Positions 24,809-38,150 of a DNA stretch of 64,000 bases are shown here, piece after piece (the first letter of the stretch is position 1; every line of letters begins with the position of its first letter). The stretch comes from Phoronis australis. Lineage: Eukaryota; Animalia; Phoronida. Under the pieces are notes generated by a model. The model saw only the letters and a program-made list of their open reading frames with translations. It searched no databases and was not told the DNA's origin. The DNA is taken from contig NMRA01000172.1 of assembly GCA_002633005.1 (NCBI GenBank), positions 207,866 through 271,865 of the forward strand, given 5' to 3'. A program made the translations under genes and the position numbers.

Positions 24809-27800
24809 TTACAGTTTCGATTTATTGAGTGCTTCTCCAACTAGCTTGGCTGCTTCACAAGCCGTACCCCAGCCCAGAGTAATCCCGTTTGCACCGTGGC
24901 CATAATTATGCACCATCTGGAAATGTAATTTTCAACCACACCTTAAGATTTTCTTAGTTTTTTGAAGTTAAAACCAATTGCTTCTATTGCTAGAACACAG
25001 CTTTGAAAACGCCACAGAAAAATGGACTCTAGCAAAATCCCTGTCTAAAAACGTATTTTTAGACGAAAAAAAAGTCAACACAAATATTCCAAAACTAAAA
25101 ACGAGATTTAGCTATACCGTTTTTTATAAAGAACTTCAATTGCTCACCTCCAGCTTTTTATTACCGAACATAACACTTTCACGCTCCAGCCTGACGGCTG
25201 TTCTGACGGGACGTAGACCAACCCACTCGAGTTCAGTCTTGGCATACTGTAAAATAGGTGTGTCTGGTGAGTTGGTGAGGCATATGGGTGCAGGAAGCTT
25301 CCATTAACAACATGATACCTGCAGCACTAAACGAGAAGAAACGAGTGACGAGATGAGCCCTATACCAAAAAAGGACTCAGTTCTATAGCATCATGACGTG
25401 AGTGAAAGCATTCATTATAATCAGTGGCAGATCTACGTTTTCAGTGAGGGGGGGAGGGTTGGGACTCGCATGAATCCGAGGCGCGTAGACCCGAGTCGGG
25501 GAGGAGGGGGTTATGATTTGTTTTGTTTTGTTTTTTGTAGCTGATTTCGTTTTCCTGGCGACGTTTTTTTTAATTTCCATTTTTCATGTTGTTTAAGCCC
25601 CATGAACCTCCCCCGTAGATACGCCTCTGTTATAATAGATATCACCGCAAGAATCTTATGTGGTCTATTCATACATCCACTAAATCCAATGTTTGTCCTG
25701 TGTTCTCGCTATGACGCAATATCTCGCGGAAAGACCTCTTCATGGTTCATTGGACATGCCTTCGTTTTTAAAATATTTAAATCGTGTTTTCTTCCCAGAG
25801 GGACAGATCCGAGGCAAAAACAAAGGAGGGCCACCAATCCAATCACTTTCCAACCAAAAAGCCAAGGTTTATTATTTGCCTAGTGACAAAAAGTCGAGTT
25901 GAATTCATTTTGTCTTCGTTGTGTGACGATAAGTATGCAGAAAACCTTACAGTTTGGTAAATAATTCAATATTTGGCAGAAAGCCTCCTTTACAACTGGC
26001 ACCCCCCCCCCCGACATTATTGTCCACCAAGGTGCTGGCGTTGCTTACCTGCAGCGAGGGCACTAATTTACCAACTTCCCTTAGAATTCTTTCTCTGTCA
26101 AGCGGGTCAACCTGTGTGTTGTAATTATCAAGCTGCGTTGTCCCTCCAACGACAACGTTGTCACGACTGAAAAAGATGCGAGATGTCCAGGACTGAGATG
26201 TGAACAGGTCAGGGACTATCAGTTCCATCGCAATACCTCGATGGTCTTAGAACGATCCCTTCTTGTAACAGCAGTGTACCTCTGGGGAAATTAAAACGGA
26301 TAAATCATCAGAGATTCTGCACTTTCAAACTGTAGGATTACTAACGGAGCGCGAACGTAAGATCAAAGTGCTGCCCGATATTTATCACTTTGCACCCTAA
26401 AGCACCATAAAAACTCATAAAAACGCATAGGAATCCATTAGCTCGAGGGTGATTGTGACTCTAAGTAAAAGCGTCATGCTTTTTAAAATTAAATTCCATT
26501 ACCTTCTTCAGTTTTCAGGTTGATAAAGGTAATTTCAACCTAGGTGAGAACCAGGTGAAAAATATTTGAATCTGGGTGAAAAACACTTACCCAGGAAACA
26601 AATAGTATCCTCTGGACCGGTCATATAGGAAGTGTTTGATCCACGGGGCTTTCACCTTCAAAAATCAATACTAAAATGTCAGTCTAGTCGACATACTTCA
26701 ATAAAGACTACACGCAATAAAGGCTTCTGTAGTTGCACTACCTCAGTTATGTACGATCATCTCGAAATTCAAAGAGTTACTTAAAAATGTAAACCAAGTT
26801 GCCAAGTAGTAAAAACCAGAAAGATATACTTTGTTTTACGAGAAGCATCAATCAACAGTCAATATATTGTGGCGTAGCTTAGGATATTTTCTTCTGGAGC
26901 GGATGGTAAAGAATACGTCAGGTCACCAATTTCGCGCCGCTCTCCGCCACCAACATGTCATATACCAAGTATCGACAAAACATGCAATTTAAGATGCATT
27001 TCACATGCCAACCTCCTTTAGTCTACCCCTGATTTTATCACGGTGTTGAGCAACCGTACAAGTAAACATGCAATTTACATATTAAGAGTCATTTGGAAAG
27101 CGAACTTATCGGGAACGATAGTAAATTTTAGTTAAATACATCATCTGACTGAATGAGCGAATGCTGCTGAACCGTTTACGACAAAAGAGACCTACCCTCA
27201 AGACTTGCCCTCTCATGGGTCGCAATTTTTGGTCATTCAGCAATTGTTGGTTGCCGAGTCCAGCGCAGTTGACGACGATGTCATATGTACTGGCCAACTG
27301 GGGGATAAGAAAACCAGAACCATGAATGGGTAAAATTAAAAAACGTCATGAAGGATTGCCTCACTCTGAACACCCAAGCACTAGAAACCTAAGTGACATA
27401 CCATCAGTATCAAGTTGAATGTCAAAAAATAATTATTACAAACTTAACTCATTCCGTACAAATAAAAATTACTTCACTGAAATCTTGTATTTTCCTCCGG
27501 ATGACCTGTCCTCCCAACATTTTCACTCTGAAACAACGTTTAAAATGCACAAAACGCGGACGACCTTTCATGTTCAACATTGAAAATCCATCACCTTGCT
27601 ATTCAAACTGACAATAAATGGTTTACACCAAGATATTTTGTCCATCTTATCAATTGAAATCAACACTACACATCAAAAACTCAGCATTTATTGGTGACAA
27701 TTTTCAGGAGATGGACCCTTTACAAGTTAAATTAATTCTCAGCTTGATTTCAGAAAAATGGAAAAACGCATGGTAACTGAGTGCAGAGTTTGTATGAACT

Positions 27801-30800
27801 GAGTACGAACCACGCTAAGGACGGTGTTACATTCAGGGCATGTTTTTTACCAAAATTGCAAAATTGCGCGTTTGCGCCATCTTCGCTTCATCAAGATGTT
27901 TCATGTGCCGCCACACTAACGACAAATTGACCATTAGTATTGTGCGAGCAAATTTGGATGTTCCCCGGAATTCGCTTTCATTACTGTTTGCATGGCCGTT
28001 GCTTTGATTTAGGTGTTACTCGTCGTCACTTCCTTCCGCCCGTCTTCCTGTGAAATTATTCGTCGTGAATTTGGGTGTATGACGCGCGTTTTGTAATTCG
28101 TTTAGACTTTTTAGTGCGTCCTACATAAGAACGAAATTGATATGACAGGTACGGTAGTTTAGGTGTACCGTGAACCGAGACTTATCACAGAACTGTATAG
28201 AACTGCCATGCCTAGAGTCGCATGCTATAAGTCTACACATCGGCATAGTGACAATATGAAGACGTTCGACGTTGATTTAAGGTGTGGTCACATTATAACG
28301 AGTTCAACAAACGAACTTCAATGAATTTGAAAATTCTTCACACGCGCCACCGCGCCCCGACGGAAGAATTGAAATTGATAGAAGAAATTAACGAACAGTA
28401 TCGAAAACAACAGTCAAACGAACTTCTATGTCTTCCACACATCGTCAAAAGTTCCGCGTATGCTCACGTACTCGGAGCTAATTCGTTACAGGTGTGATGG
28501 CGATTTTTTAGTGCACCATAAGCCAGGGTAGAGTTCAGTAACGTTAGGATCTACCTTAGGACCTCGCTGAAATCTAGCCAAAATCACGCGTTGTTATTTG
28601 CAATATCTCACATATTGTCGCGAAGTCTTGCCTTTTAGTAAGTTCCTAGCGTTATTGAACTCGACCCTGGTCACACATTGTCTCCGACTCATTGGATCAC
28701 TTACTGTTTCTTCAGCCAAGGTAAGTAATATTTGCATTCAACCATCACAGTCGTGTAGAAAAATCCACACCTGTAATAGTAAACGAATAGCAACATAACA
28801 CCTGAGACAACTTTTGCCTATGAAAATCTTGCAGTTGTACGCATGCAGTGGAAAGTATTCTACAACAATAACTCACTATTTATGTATTAAAACGGCATTG
28901 AACCGGTGTTTCTGTCAAAAATCATTTTTGGCCACTTTGTTATGAAATTGATCTTATCTTGTTCCTTACTCGAAGTGATATATGGGCTCCAGAATTGACA
29001 GTGCATTATTTATTCAGACCAAATAGGGAAAATGTCATTTTTTCCAATTCCAGGTTGCATTTTTGTTGTTTTTAAGTCTTGGCATTGGAATATCAGCAAA
29101 ATACAAAGAAAAATTGCATTTATGTTTCTTTTCAACAAACCAATTAACCTTTCGTTACCTGCTGATGAATATTTCCATATTCGTCTCGACTGATGCCTGT
29201 GCGCGGATTACCGCTCATCTCCCAGATTTTTACTTGTAACCATTCATGATTTCCATCTCTTTGACAATAAAACAATTCGAGACCAATTTCACCAAAGTAA
29301 ATGGCCAAACCAAACAATTTGGTCGAATAACAAGAGTTAAATGTGGACAATACCTTGTGTTATTTTTTCCACTGAGATCGTGTAAAGTGTGCTTCTAAAT
29401 ATTATAGTTCTCGACTGCAATAACAGAAGATGAGTCAGAGAGCCATCGACCTAATCTCACCTGATTTACGAAACTTACTTGCATTCACTTGAATACTTAG
29501 CAAGCTCTTCCGGACCCAGCTTTCGAAAATTGCGGATGTACGGCGTCAGTTCGATGTCCTGCAAATACATCTCAACGTAAGGTATTGCAAAACTGCTATC
29601 TCGGAAAAATAAAAATTACTGTATGTGTCAAAGGTAATTCATGAAGACTTCTATTAAGTTTATAAAATTGGGTGATCTTAAAAGATGAATGGATGCCTTC
29701 GTTACCAATGGTTGTTGGCAAAGGATCACATTTCTTCAAAAATTCTCAAACATGAAACGTCAACCAACCAAACCATACGATTTACAAGTTTTTAGTGATC
29801 GGAGAAACACATTTTCAGCACATAAAACAAAATTCCGAACAGTGGTAGTCGGTGGTCGCCTTATGAGCGACACTTCGAGAAGAATGTAATTTCTACAGGC
29901 AAGAATAATCCTTCTAGAATTTACATAACCCCTAGTTAAAGCAGGCATAAACCTGCGTTGAGTCAAAGAAACAAATTCTAATTTAGACGACTTATCGCCA
30001 TAAAATTGGTTTCATCTTGTTTCTTAGATGAGAATTAACTTTTGGTTTTCAAAGAACTGCCATTTCCTTGAGGTTATTCTCAGTAAATAACGCCATGACA
30101 GGTCACTTAGTGGAGCTTGATTTCAGGCATTTGCCAGTTCTTTCCAATCTTAGTTGATACCAATTCCACTGTAAGCGATCTAAATGAAAACCTTGATGGA
30201 AAGCGGGGTTATAACCGCTGTAACGTTTTACCGATTGATCGCTGGGCAACAAGATGTATCCAGACGTAAGAATTATCCCCGATACACAGCTTTCTGGTCC
30301 ATCAGCTATTGGCAGATATCTTCTTAACGAATCATTAAACCATTGTCTAAAACACAGTAATTTGCTTTAAAGACCATTACAACCTGGATTGTACACTACA
30401 GCAATGTATCGATGTGGCTCGGTTACAATGAAAACTTACGCCTATGGCTTGACTTGTGCAGCCCCCCCCAACCCCGAAGTTCCACGTACTATACTGTATC
30501 TGACAGTCTTCACAAACGATGTAAATAGCATCCAATTGTTTTTAGAACAAACTTTCCCAGCACTTACATTTGAAATTATTGGTCAGATTGCATTAAAAAT
30601 AACTCATCTTTGTGGGGGTACCTTTGCACATCCAAATTCCACACAAAACACTTCGACAACCGAGCGTAAAGGCCCTACCATAGGAAACAGGTAGAGCACC
30701 CCTCCCGTCGCTACTTTACTGGAGGTGGAGGTGTTCTTATTCCACGTACACACGTGAAACTCCACCAGGTGATGTGTCAACAGGTTTACCTGACCCTCTC

Positions 30801-30992
30801 GATTTTATTCTCGCTGGATTTTCCTACTTCTATGAAGGGCGGTACAATTCCAGCAGCACCCCAGCTTGTAGTCTCATTTTCAAACTTGTCAGCAATGACT
30901 GTAACTTCTACTGAAGGGAAGGATTGTAGTATTCGGAGAGCAGAAGACAAACCGGGCGCGCCTGCCCCAACTACTGCGATCTTGACGGGCAT
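24809..30992 (-). CDS. DAO: D-amino-acid oxidase / D-aspartate oxidase family flavoprotein, copy 1 (10 coding exons, 336 aa, peroxisomal)
   Basis: Minus-strand exons 30992-30790, 30346-30232, 29558-29479, 28770-28705, 27527-27473, 27297-27196, 26655-26591, 26166-26049, 25246-25148, 24916-24809, all GT-AG and in phase (1011 nt). FAD motif IAVVGAGAPGLSSA, TTSWGAAG, DIVVNCAGLG, LRPMRGQVLRVKAPW, VVGGT, WVGLRPVR, VHNYGHGANG, C-terminal SKL*. Confidence 0.93.
25422..25629. mobile_element. hAT-like MITE (CAGTGGC.GAT...ATACGCCTCTG), shared with copy 2 at ~45551-45765
   Basis: Short TIRs, TTATAAT repeated on both sides; similar-ended MITEs at ~7967-8125, 58155-59222, ~60457-60598. Confidence 0.65.
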
Positions 30993-31984
30993 TCTGTTGA
31001 ACTGCAAATGAATGGGAATATACAAATCTTAAACTTGTTTTCCTACGTTTTGAAAGGCTAATAAAGTTTACAAATTGACCGAGGAATTCCATTTTAGACC
31101 TTCATTAGCCCACATCGACACATGGAGCACACGTGGCGGATACGTGGGAGGTTTGTCTATGAAAAAGTTTCTAAGACGATTCAGCAAAACATCGATTGGG
31201 CCTAGGGTCTAACCTTTTAATCGAAATTGTATTTTAAACATTTCCCATTCTTCTTAAAGTACGAACTCAAAATAAGTGTCCATTATCTCGTGTAACATGA
31301 CTTTCGTGACCGATTACGTAATCCCATTTTGCGCTAATGACGACAGCATTGAAGCTATGAATTCGAGCCTCGAAATTTCGAGTCGTGTTCAAGTTTGCAT
31401 CTCGACTGAGGGGACAAAGGGATCATCAAGTGCCAATTTGGACTGTACGCTCGTTTGCTTATAATAGATAATGGCCAAAAATCGAATCCCGGACTTCGAG
31501 TAAACTGATAAGACTCGGTCCCTGTTAACACGAAAACTTCAAGTGTGGGTGATTTCATAAATCTTCCTGTGTACGCCGTGCAAATCTAAAATTAAAACAA
31601 GAGACGTGGGTCTAGATAAGGACCCGGGGTCTAATCTAAAAATTGAACTCGAAATTATTTTTTTTTCATTCTGGCTGTGCGAACTCACGATAAGTGTTAT
31701 TCGAGTACATTATGATGTCCTGTCTAGTGTAGAACTTTATTCCGAGCATACGAACGGAACGTAATGAAGACTGTTAATAACGACAGGTGTCGTGTATTTA
31801 ATCAATTTTGTATATGATACATATACATACCCATATATGTGCACGATTACATACATATGCATATATCATTTATTGCACGTCTGTTAGAATAACCTAACGA
31901 GAGGAGAGTTAACATTGACAAACTCTGATAGAAGATTTTGTCTAAGATCTCCAAGAACAGAGCACCCACACACGACATGATATT

Positions 31985-33830
31985 TAATAACTAGGCCTCC
32001 GGCCATTGTTATTATCAAAACATCAAATACAATACATGTAAGTGTCAAACACTATCAGTAATATGATATTTCTTCTCTTGAATGCGAAATGAACATATTT
32101 ACATGCTCTCCATAAAAGATCTTTTTCCTTCATAGTGATGAGTCTGATGAATTTTGTAACACTGGGATTGTTGTAGCTCCTTGCAGGCAAATACAGAATC
32201 CTAAGATCATCGTAGAATGGACATTCGGTAACAAAATGATATTCTGACTCGACATATGTACTAACACAGAGAGCGCATAATCTTTCTGGTCTGCTAAGTT
32301 TCAAGTGTCTACCCCTTTCAATCATAAATGCATGCGCTGAACATTTTAATCTTACCATATCAGATCTAACATTTACATGAATCACATCTAAATAATTTTC
32401 AAAACGTATGTTTAACTTAAAAGTTCTGTAAGTTTCCAGCTTAATCGAATTGTTCGAAATTTCTTGCCATTTTTTATCAACAGCTTTGCGTCTCTTTTTA
32501 AATATTGATATGAAGCTTGTCTCGAAACATACACCCTTAGTATACCATGCTTTCCCAAAACCAAACTGAAATACCAATTCCCTAACCTCATTAACCCAGC
32601 AAAGTTTATCAATATTTTCCGTCATATTGTACTGCCATTCATAGCAATGACACGTAATTTTTGATGCTTAGATTTTTAATTGTTTTAACAAATATTTCAC
32701 AATTCTAGCTAGCCAGCATGCAATCAAGGGGGTAACGACCCATCTCATCTCTAACAGCCCATTTAATTTACAAAATTTTGTATGGACTATTTTAATACAT
32801 TCGCACTCTCTAAAACCCCAGATCTCACAGCCATAATGACGTATTGACAGTAGCTTACGGTGGAATAGTTTCAAACTAAGTTTAAAGGGGAGTGCATTAA
32901 AACCATTGCCATTTTTCCTCATTAAATTCACTGCCTTAGCAGCCCGTAAAATTTTCTGTGCGCAAGACCACGATCCTTTCGTAGTAAATATTAATCCTAA
33001 ATATTTATATGCATTTACAATATTAACACTATTCTCATCATATGCCCATTTTCATACCATCTTAACATTCCATCCTTCCTAAAAAAGCAATTATCTTAGT
33101 CTTCGACTTGTTAACAATCAATTTCCATTTCTGGCAAAACTCATATAAAATATTCAATTTTTTTCTGCACTCATTTAATGCTATAGGAAAATAAAACCAA
33201 ATCATCAGCAAACAGCAGATGCAATAATTCAGATGATCCCATGGAAATTACTTCACCCCCACCGGATTTTAATTCCTGCTCTAAATCATTTATAAATAAA
33301 ATAAACAAACACGGTGATAGCTGAAACCCATGTTTTAGACCACTCTGACAACCAAAGAACTCCGTATAGCTCCCATTATTCAATCTCATGCACGTTTTTA
33401 CTTCCGCGTACATTGCCGTGATTATCCTATACTTCTTACCTTCTATGTGATTGTTCTTTAACTTAAAATAATGCACTATAAATACTGTCGAAAGCGGTTT
33501 AAAATTAACGTAAGCACAATAGAATCTACCGTACTGTACCCTTTCCTAAAAGTATTTGAGACATACTAATTACCTTTCCTTTTTCCAACCATTTTTGAAG
33601 TCGTTGGCATAATATTTTTTCCAATATTTTGGCAGTGACTTGCATGAGGGAAATTCCTCTGAAAATTTCAGGAATTTTTGCACCGCTTTTAAATATCAGA
33701 ACTATAATGGATTTTGTCCATTCTTTTAGAAACAGCCCATTTGTAAAAAAGTAGTTATATAGATGGAACAGCGAATCTACCAAATTTTCACCAGTATACT
33801 GGTAGAACTCAATGCTAATTTTATCACATC
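31985..33830 (-). mobile_element. Degenerate LINE A (RT plus C-terminal CxxC..H..C; RTE-X/CR1-like)
   Basis: Broken ORFs: FRGISL (33526-33783), GLKHGFQLSPCLFILFINDL..LLFADD (33171-33476), YGCEIWG (32668-32931), IERGRH..RPERLCALC..ESEYHFVTECP (32023-32625). Confidence 0.85.
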
Positions 33831-35340
33831 GTGGCTAAGTTCCGTCTTTCTACCTTTCTCTATATTAATGAGTGACCTGAACATCGAAACTGCGAAAGTA
33901 TTCTCGAATAATCGCTTAAACAATTCACATATTGCTAGCTAACAAGATCATGTTTAATAAGACTATAAAATTCGTATTTAATTGAACTACCTATTTCCAG
34001 TTGCCATTCCTGTACGCCACAATCCAGTAACCTCTGCTTGAATTTACCATAAGAAATTCAACACTATTACCTGGGCCAAATAACCACACTTCTCCACAAC
34101 CGTTCCTATACAAATTCCTCTGACACGGTGTGCACAGTTATAATTACCGTTTTCACCTGTCCTCTAAGCATACTATAGCACTTCAGTGGGTAATTAACAT
34201 ACGTTGCCTCGTATACGTAATTTTGTCCAATAGATAATTGGTTTACACATTTATTTTGTAATTAACTATTATCTCCCTCATTCACCGCGAGCCACAGCAT
34301 TCGGCGTTTTAATATTCTGTCTCATAACGTAGGCCCTATTTACAGAACTTAATATGAAAATTTTCAATAGATTCACACATTGATGTTCCCCATATTGCTG
34401 CCGCTATATGTTAATATGGACATTATCATAAAGTCCAGTTAAGTCTGCAGGAAAATGTGACTCCCTAGGTACTTGTGGTACGATTTGGTATCTATTTCCT
34501 TATCGCCTTTCAGTATTTGAAAGTATCCCCTTCCCCGCTTATATATAACAACATTTGTTTTCTCCAAATAAACTTGAAAATTCTAGTCTCGACAAAACTT
34601 TTCGAGGACATTGAGTTTCATATGTAGCCCAGCAACAGTATTCGATACCAGCACAAATCATCAGCAAAAAACAGAGAACCTATGTCACAACCCGGGGAGA
34701 CGCGTATACCTCTGCCTACATTTTCTGTAATCTCAGACACTACTGTGAGTCTGTGACTGTACCATAACACACAGTTGTAGAGAGTCGTACATACTGCGCA
34801 AAATGTTAAACATTTTTCCATGCAAACCTTCGGTTAAAAAGGCATAAAACAAACTGGAAATATCTACACCATCAAATGCCTTGAAAAAAATCAATGAATG
34901 CGCAATATACTTTTCCCTTCCGTTTAGTGACATGTTTCTGGTGATACTGTGTGGGTTAAAAATGTTGTCGACTGTAGAGTATACAGGCTGAAAGCCTGCC
35001 CGTTTTTCCGAGGTACATTTCGTATTATTCGACAGAATAAGGAATACTTGTCAAACATTTTATTAATGCTATCTATAACGGAGACCCCTCTTTACTTATC
35101 TGGTTTAGCTCTGTGTCCCTTTCTGTAACATGACTAAATAATACTTTTGGACCATTAAGCGTTCGGTATTGAAAATTCTATTAACAAGTTTTTGGAGAAA
35201 TTCTACCAGGGTCTCAGGAAAGCTCTTATGGAATTCAGCAGATATACCGTCTTCTCCGGGAGATTTATTCTTCTTTTGTTTGTTAATGGCCTTTACTATT
35301 TCATTTGAGCTAATATCGGCATTTAGTTCATCCATGTCAA
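33830..35340 (-). mobile_element. Degenerate LINE B (split by LINE A; its 3' remnant at ~31900-31980)
   Basis: NKSPGEDGISAEF, FFKAFDGVD, LFFADDL fragments; homologous to 36570-38150 and 55548-57480. Confidence 0.8.
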
Positions 35341-35761
35341 AGAAGCTGCTTCTGTCACGGTCACTTTGCGCCGGACTGCAACCAAGGACTCCTTGCTACA
35401 ATGCTCGTACTGGGTGTCATGCTCACCAGGAGTCTGTCTTACTTGATCATCAAAAGTTTCATTGCGGGCCCCCAGTTCTGTTAATATCCGGTCAAAGAGT
35501 CTACTGAAGGATTAATACGGGTGACTGCATGTCTATCCCTAATTTGCATTTGATGACCCGCTCATTAGTTTCGAGTGCGGACATCAGACCTCGGACATAG
35601 ATCTGGCCACTGCTGTGAAATCTCAAATCGCTGTTTTCTAAACTGTCTTGTCGTTTTCGTTTTATGACACTTTGATTGTTTTCAAGAATTAGAAAATCAT
35701 AAAATTATGATTTTGATAGCATCTTACACAAACTTTAAAGTGTTAAAAACAATTTCTATCA

Positions 35762-36210
35762 GCGAGTAGTCCGAAGGTGCACGAGTCCGAAGCAGCACTA
35801 GTCCGAAGGTGCACGAGTCCGAAGCAGCACTAGTCCGAAGGTGCACGAGTCCGAAGCAGCACTAGTCCGAAGGCGCACGAGTCCGAAAATAGATAAGATT
35901 TTGGACTCGGATGTATTTTTCATATTTTTTGTGCTTTCAATAATACAAACACGTCGGTTTATAGTACCGAAACGTGAAAGAATCGCATTATAAAGCAGCC
36001 AAAAATCCGAAATCCAGTGCAGTCAAGTGTAGCGCTACGCTTACTACAATATATCGTAGAATGCCCTCAAAAATTGCAGTTTTGAATGTTTTATGGCCGA
36101 GTTCAACTGAGTGAGTAGACTTTCGGACTGGTGCACCTCGGACTAGTGCACCGTCAGACTAGTGCACCTTTGAACTGGTGTACTTTCGGACTAGTGAGCT
36201 GCTCCGGAAG
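35762..36210. repeat. Foldback-like element with inverted arrays of 16-bp units (AGTCCGAAGGTGCACG/AGTCCGAAGCAGCACT)
   Basis: 32-bp higher-order array ~35768-35887 faces inverted TTCGGACTAGTGCAC units at ~36120-36205; copies at 38570-39015 and degenerate at 57920-59400; related arrays at ~40145-40215 and ~52380-52485. Confidence 0.7.
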
Positions 36211-36488
36211 TTTGGAAATTAGCTGAATTTGAAGATTTACCTATAGAGGGTCTAACATTTAAGCGTAGTAACCTTCATCAGGCGCAGCAGTTACACAAAC
36301 CCGCACGGTGTCAGAAAAATTATAATTGTGTCGATTACGTGGCTCACATGACAATCACAGACGACGTAAACTCAGTAACGTCTATAAAGTATCCAGTGCT
36401 GAAGTCTGGCATTCCGTGGTCTTGTTCGTTATGACTACGACTCTGCTTTGCAAAATTAGGTGGTCTGTTCATTCAATAGCTCATTGGN

Positions 36489-38150
36489 TAGATGGAACAG
36501 CGAATCTACCAAATTTTCACCAGTAATACCGGTAGAACTCAATGCTAATTTTATCACATCGTGGCTAAGTTCCGTCTTTCTACCTTTCTCTATATTAATG
36601 AGTGACCTGAACATCGAAACTGCGCAAGTGTTCTCGAATAATCGCTTAAACAATTCACATATTGCTAGCTAACAAGATCATGTTTAATAGGACTATAAAA
36701 TTCGTATTTAATTGAACCACCTATTCCCAGCTGCCATTCCTGCACGCTGCAATCTAGTAACCTCTACTTGAATTACCATAAGAAATTCAACACTATTACC
36801 TGGGCCAAATAACCACACTTCTCCACAACCGTTCCTATACAAATTTCTCTGACACGGCGTGCACAGTTATAATTGCCGTTTTCACCTGTCCTCTAAGCAT
36901 ACTATAGCACTTCAGTGGGTAATTAACATATGTTGCCTCGTATACGTAATTTTGTCCAATAGATAATTGGTTTACACATTCATTTTGTAATTAACTGTTA
37001 TCTCCCTCATTCACCGCGAGCCACAGCATTCGGCGTTTTAATATTCTGTCTCATAACGTATTTACAGAACTTAATATGAAAATTTTCAATAGATTCACAC
37101 ATTGATGTTCCCCATATTTCTGCCGCTATATGTTAATATGGACATTATCATGAAGTCCATTTAAGTCTGCAGGAAAATGTGACTCCCTAGGTACTTGTGG
37201 TACGATTTGGTATCTATTTCCTTGTCGTCTTTCAGTACTTGAAAGTATCCCCTTCCCCGCTTATATATAACAACATTTGCTTTCTCCAAATAAACTTGAA
37301 AATTCTAATCTCGACAAAACTTTTCAAGGACATTGAGTTTCATATGTAGCCCAGCAACAGTATTCGATACCAGCACAAATCACCAGCAAAAAAAAACAAA
37401 AACAGAGAACCTATGTCACAACCCGGGGAGACGCGTATAGCTCTGCCTACATTTTCTGTAATCTCAGACACTAGTGTGCTAACAGACACCGAGAACAGCT
37501 AGGGACTTAAAACACATCGTTGCCGGACACCACCTGCACAGTTAAAATGAAGCGTTGTCTGTGACTGTACCATAACACACGGTTGTAGAGAGTCGTACAT
37601 ACAGCGCAAACTGTTAAACATTTTTCCATGCAAACCTTCGGTTAAAAAGACATAAAACAAACTGGAAATATCTACCAGCAAGTGCCTTGAAAAAAAATCA
37701 TTGAATGCGCAGTATACTTTTCCCTTCCGTTTAGTGACATGTTTCTGGTAATGCTGTGTGGGTTAAAAATGTTGTCGACTGTAGATTATACAGGCTGAAA
37801 ACCTGCCCGTTTTTCCGAGGTACATTTCGTATTATTTGACAGAATAAGGAATACTTGTCAAACATTTTATTAATGCTATCTATTACGGAGATCCCTCTCT
37901 ACTCATCTGGTTTAGCTCTGTCTCCCTTTTTGTAACAGGGCTAAATAATACTTTTGGACCATTAAGCGTTCGGTATTGAAAATTCTATTAACAAGTTTGT
38001 GGAGAAATTGTACCAGGGTCTCAGGAATGCTCTTATGGAATTCAGCAAATATACCGTCTTCTCCGGGAGATTTATTCTTCTTTTGTTTGTTAATGGCCCT
38101 TACTATTTCATTTGAGCTAATATCGGCATTTAGTTCATCCATGTCAAAGA
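36489..38150 (-). mobile_element. Second near-identical copy of the LINE A/B junction and LINE B
   Basis: NKSPGEDG and GVRQRCVLSP fragments; nearly identical to 33760-35340. Confidence 0.8.

Noticed and set aside
25247-25320. Longer version of DAO exon 9 using the upstream CTGCAG acceptor
   Set aside because: Introduces an in-frame TAA; the TTTTACAG acceptor at 25247 preserves the frame.
25602-25902. ORFs conserved in both duplication units (also 45796-46038)
   Set aside because: Intronic antisense frames shared only because of the duplication; no domain signal and different start positions.
35765-35890. Possible CRISPR-like repeat/spacer pattern
   Set aside because: The apparent spacers are two alternating fixed 7-mers: a higher-order tandem repeat.
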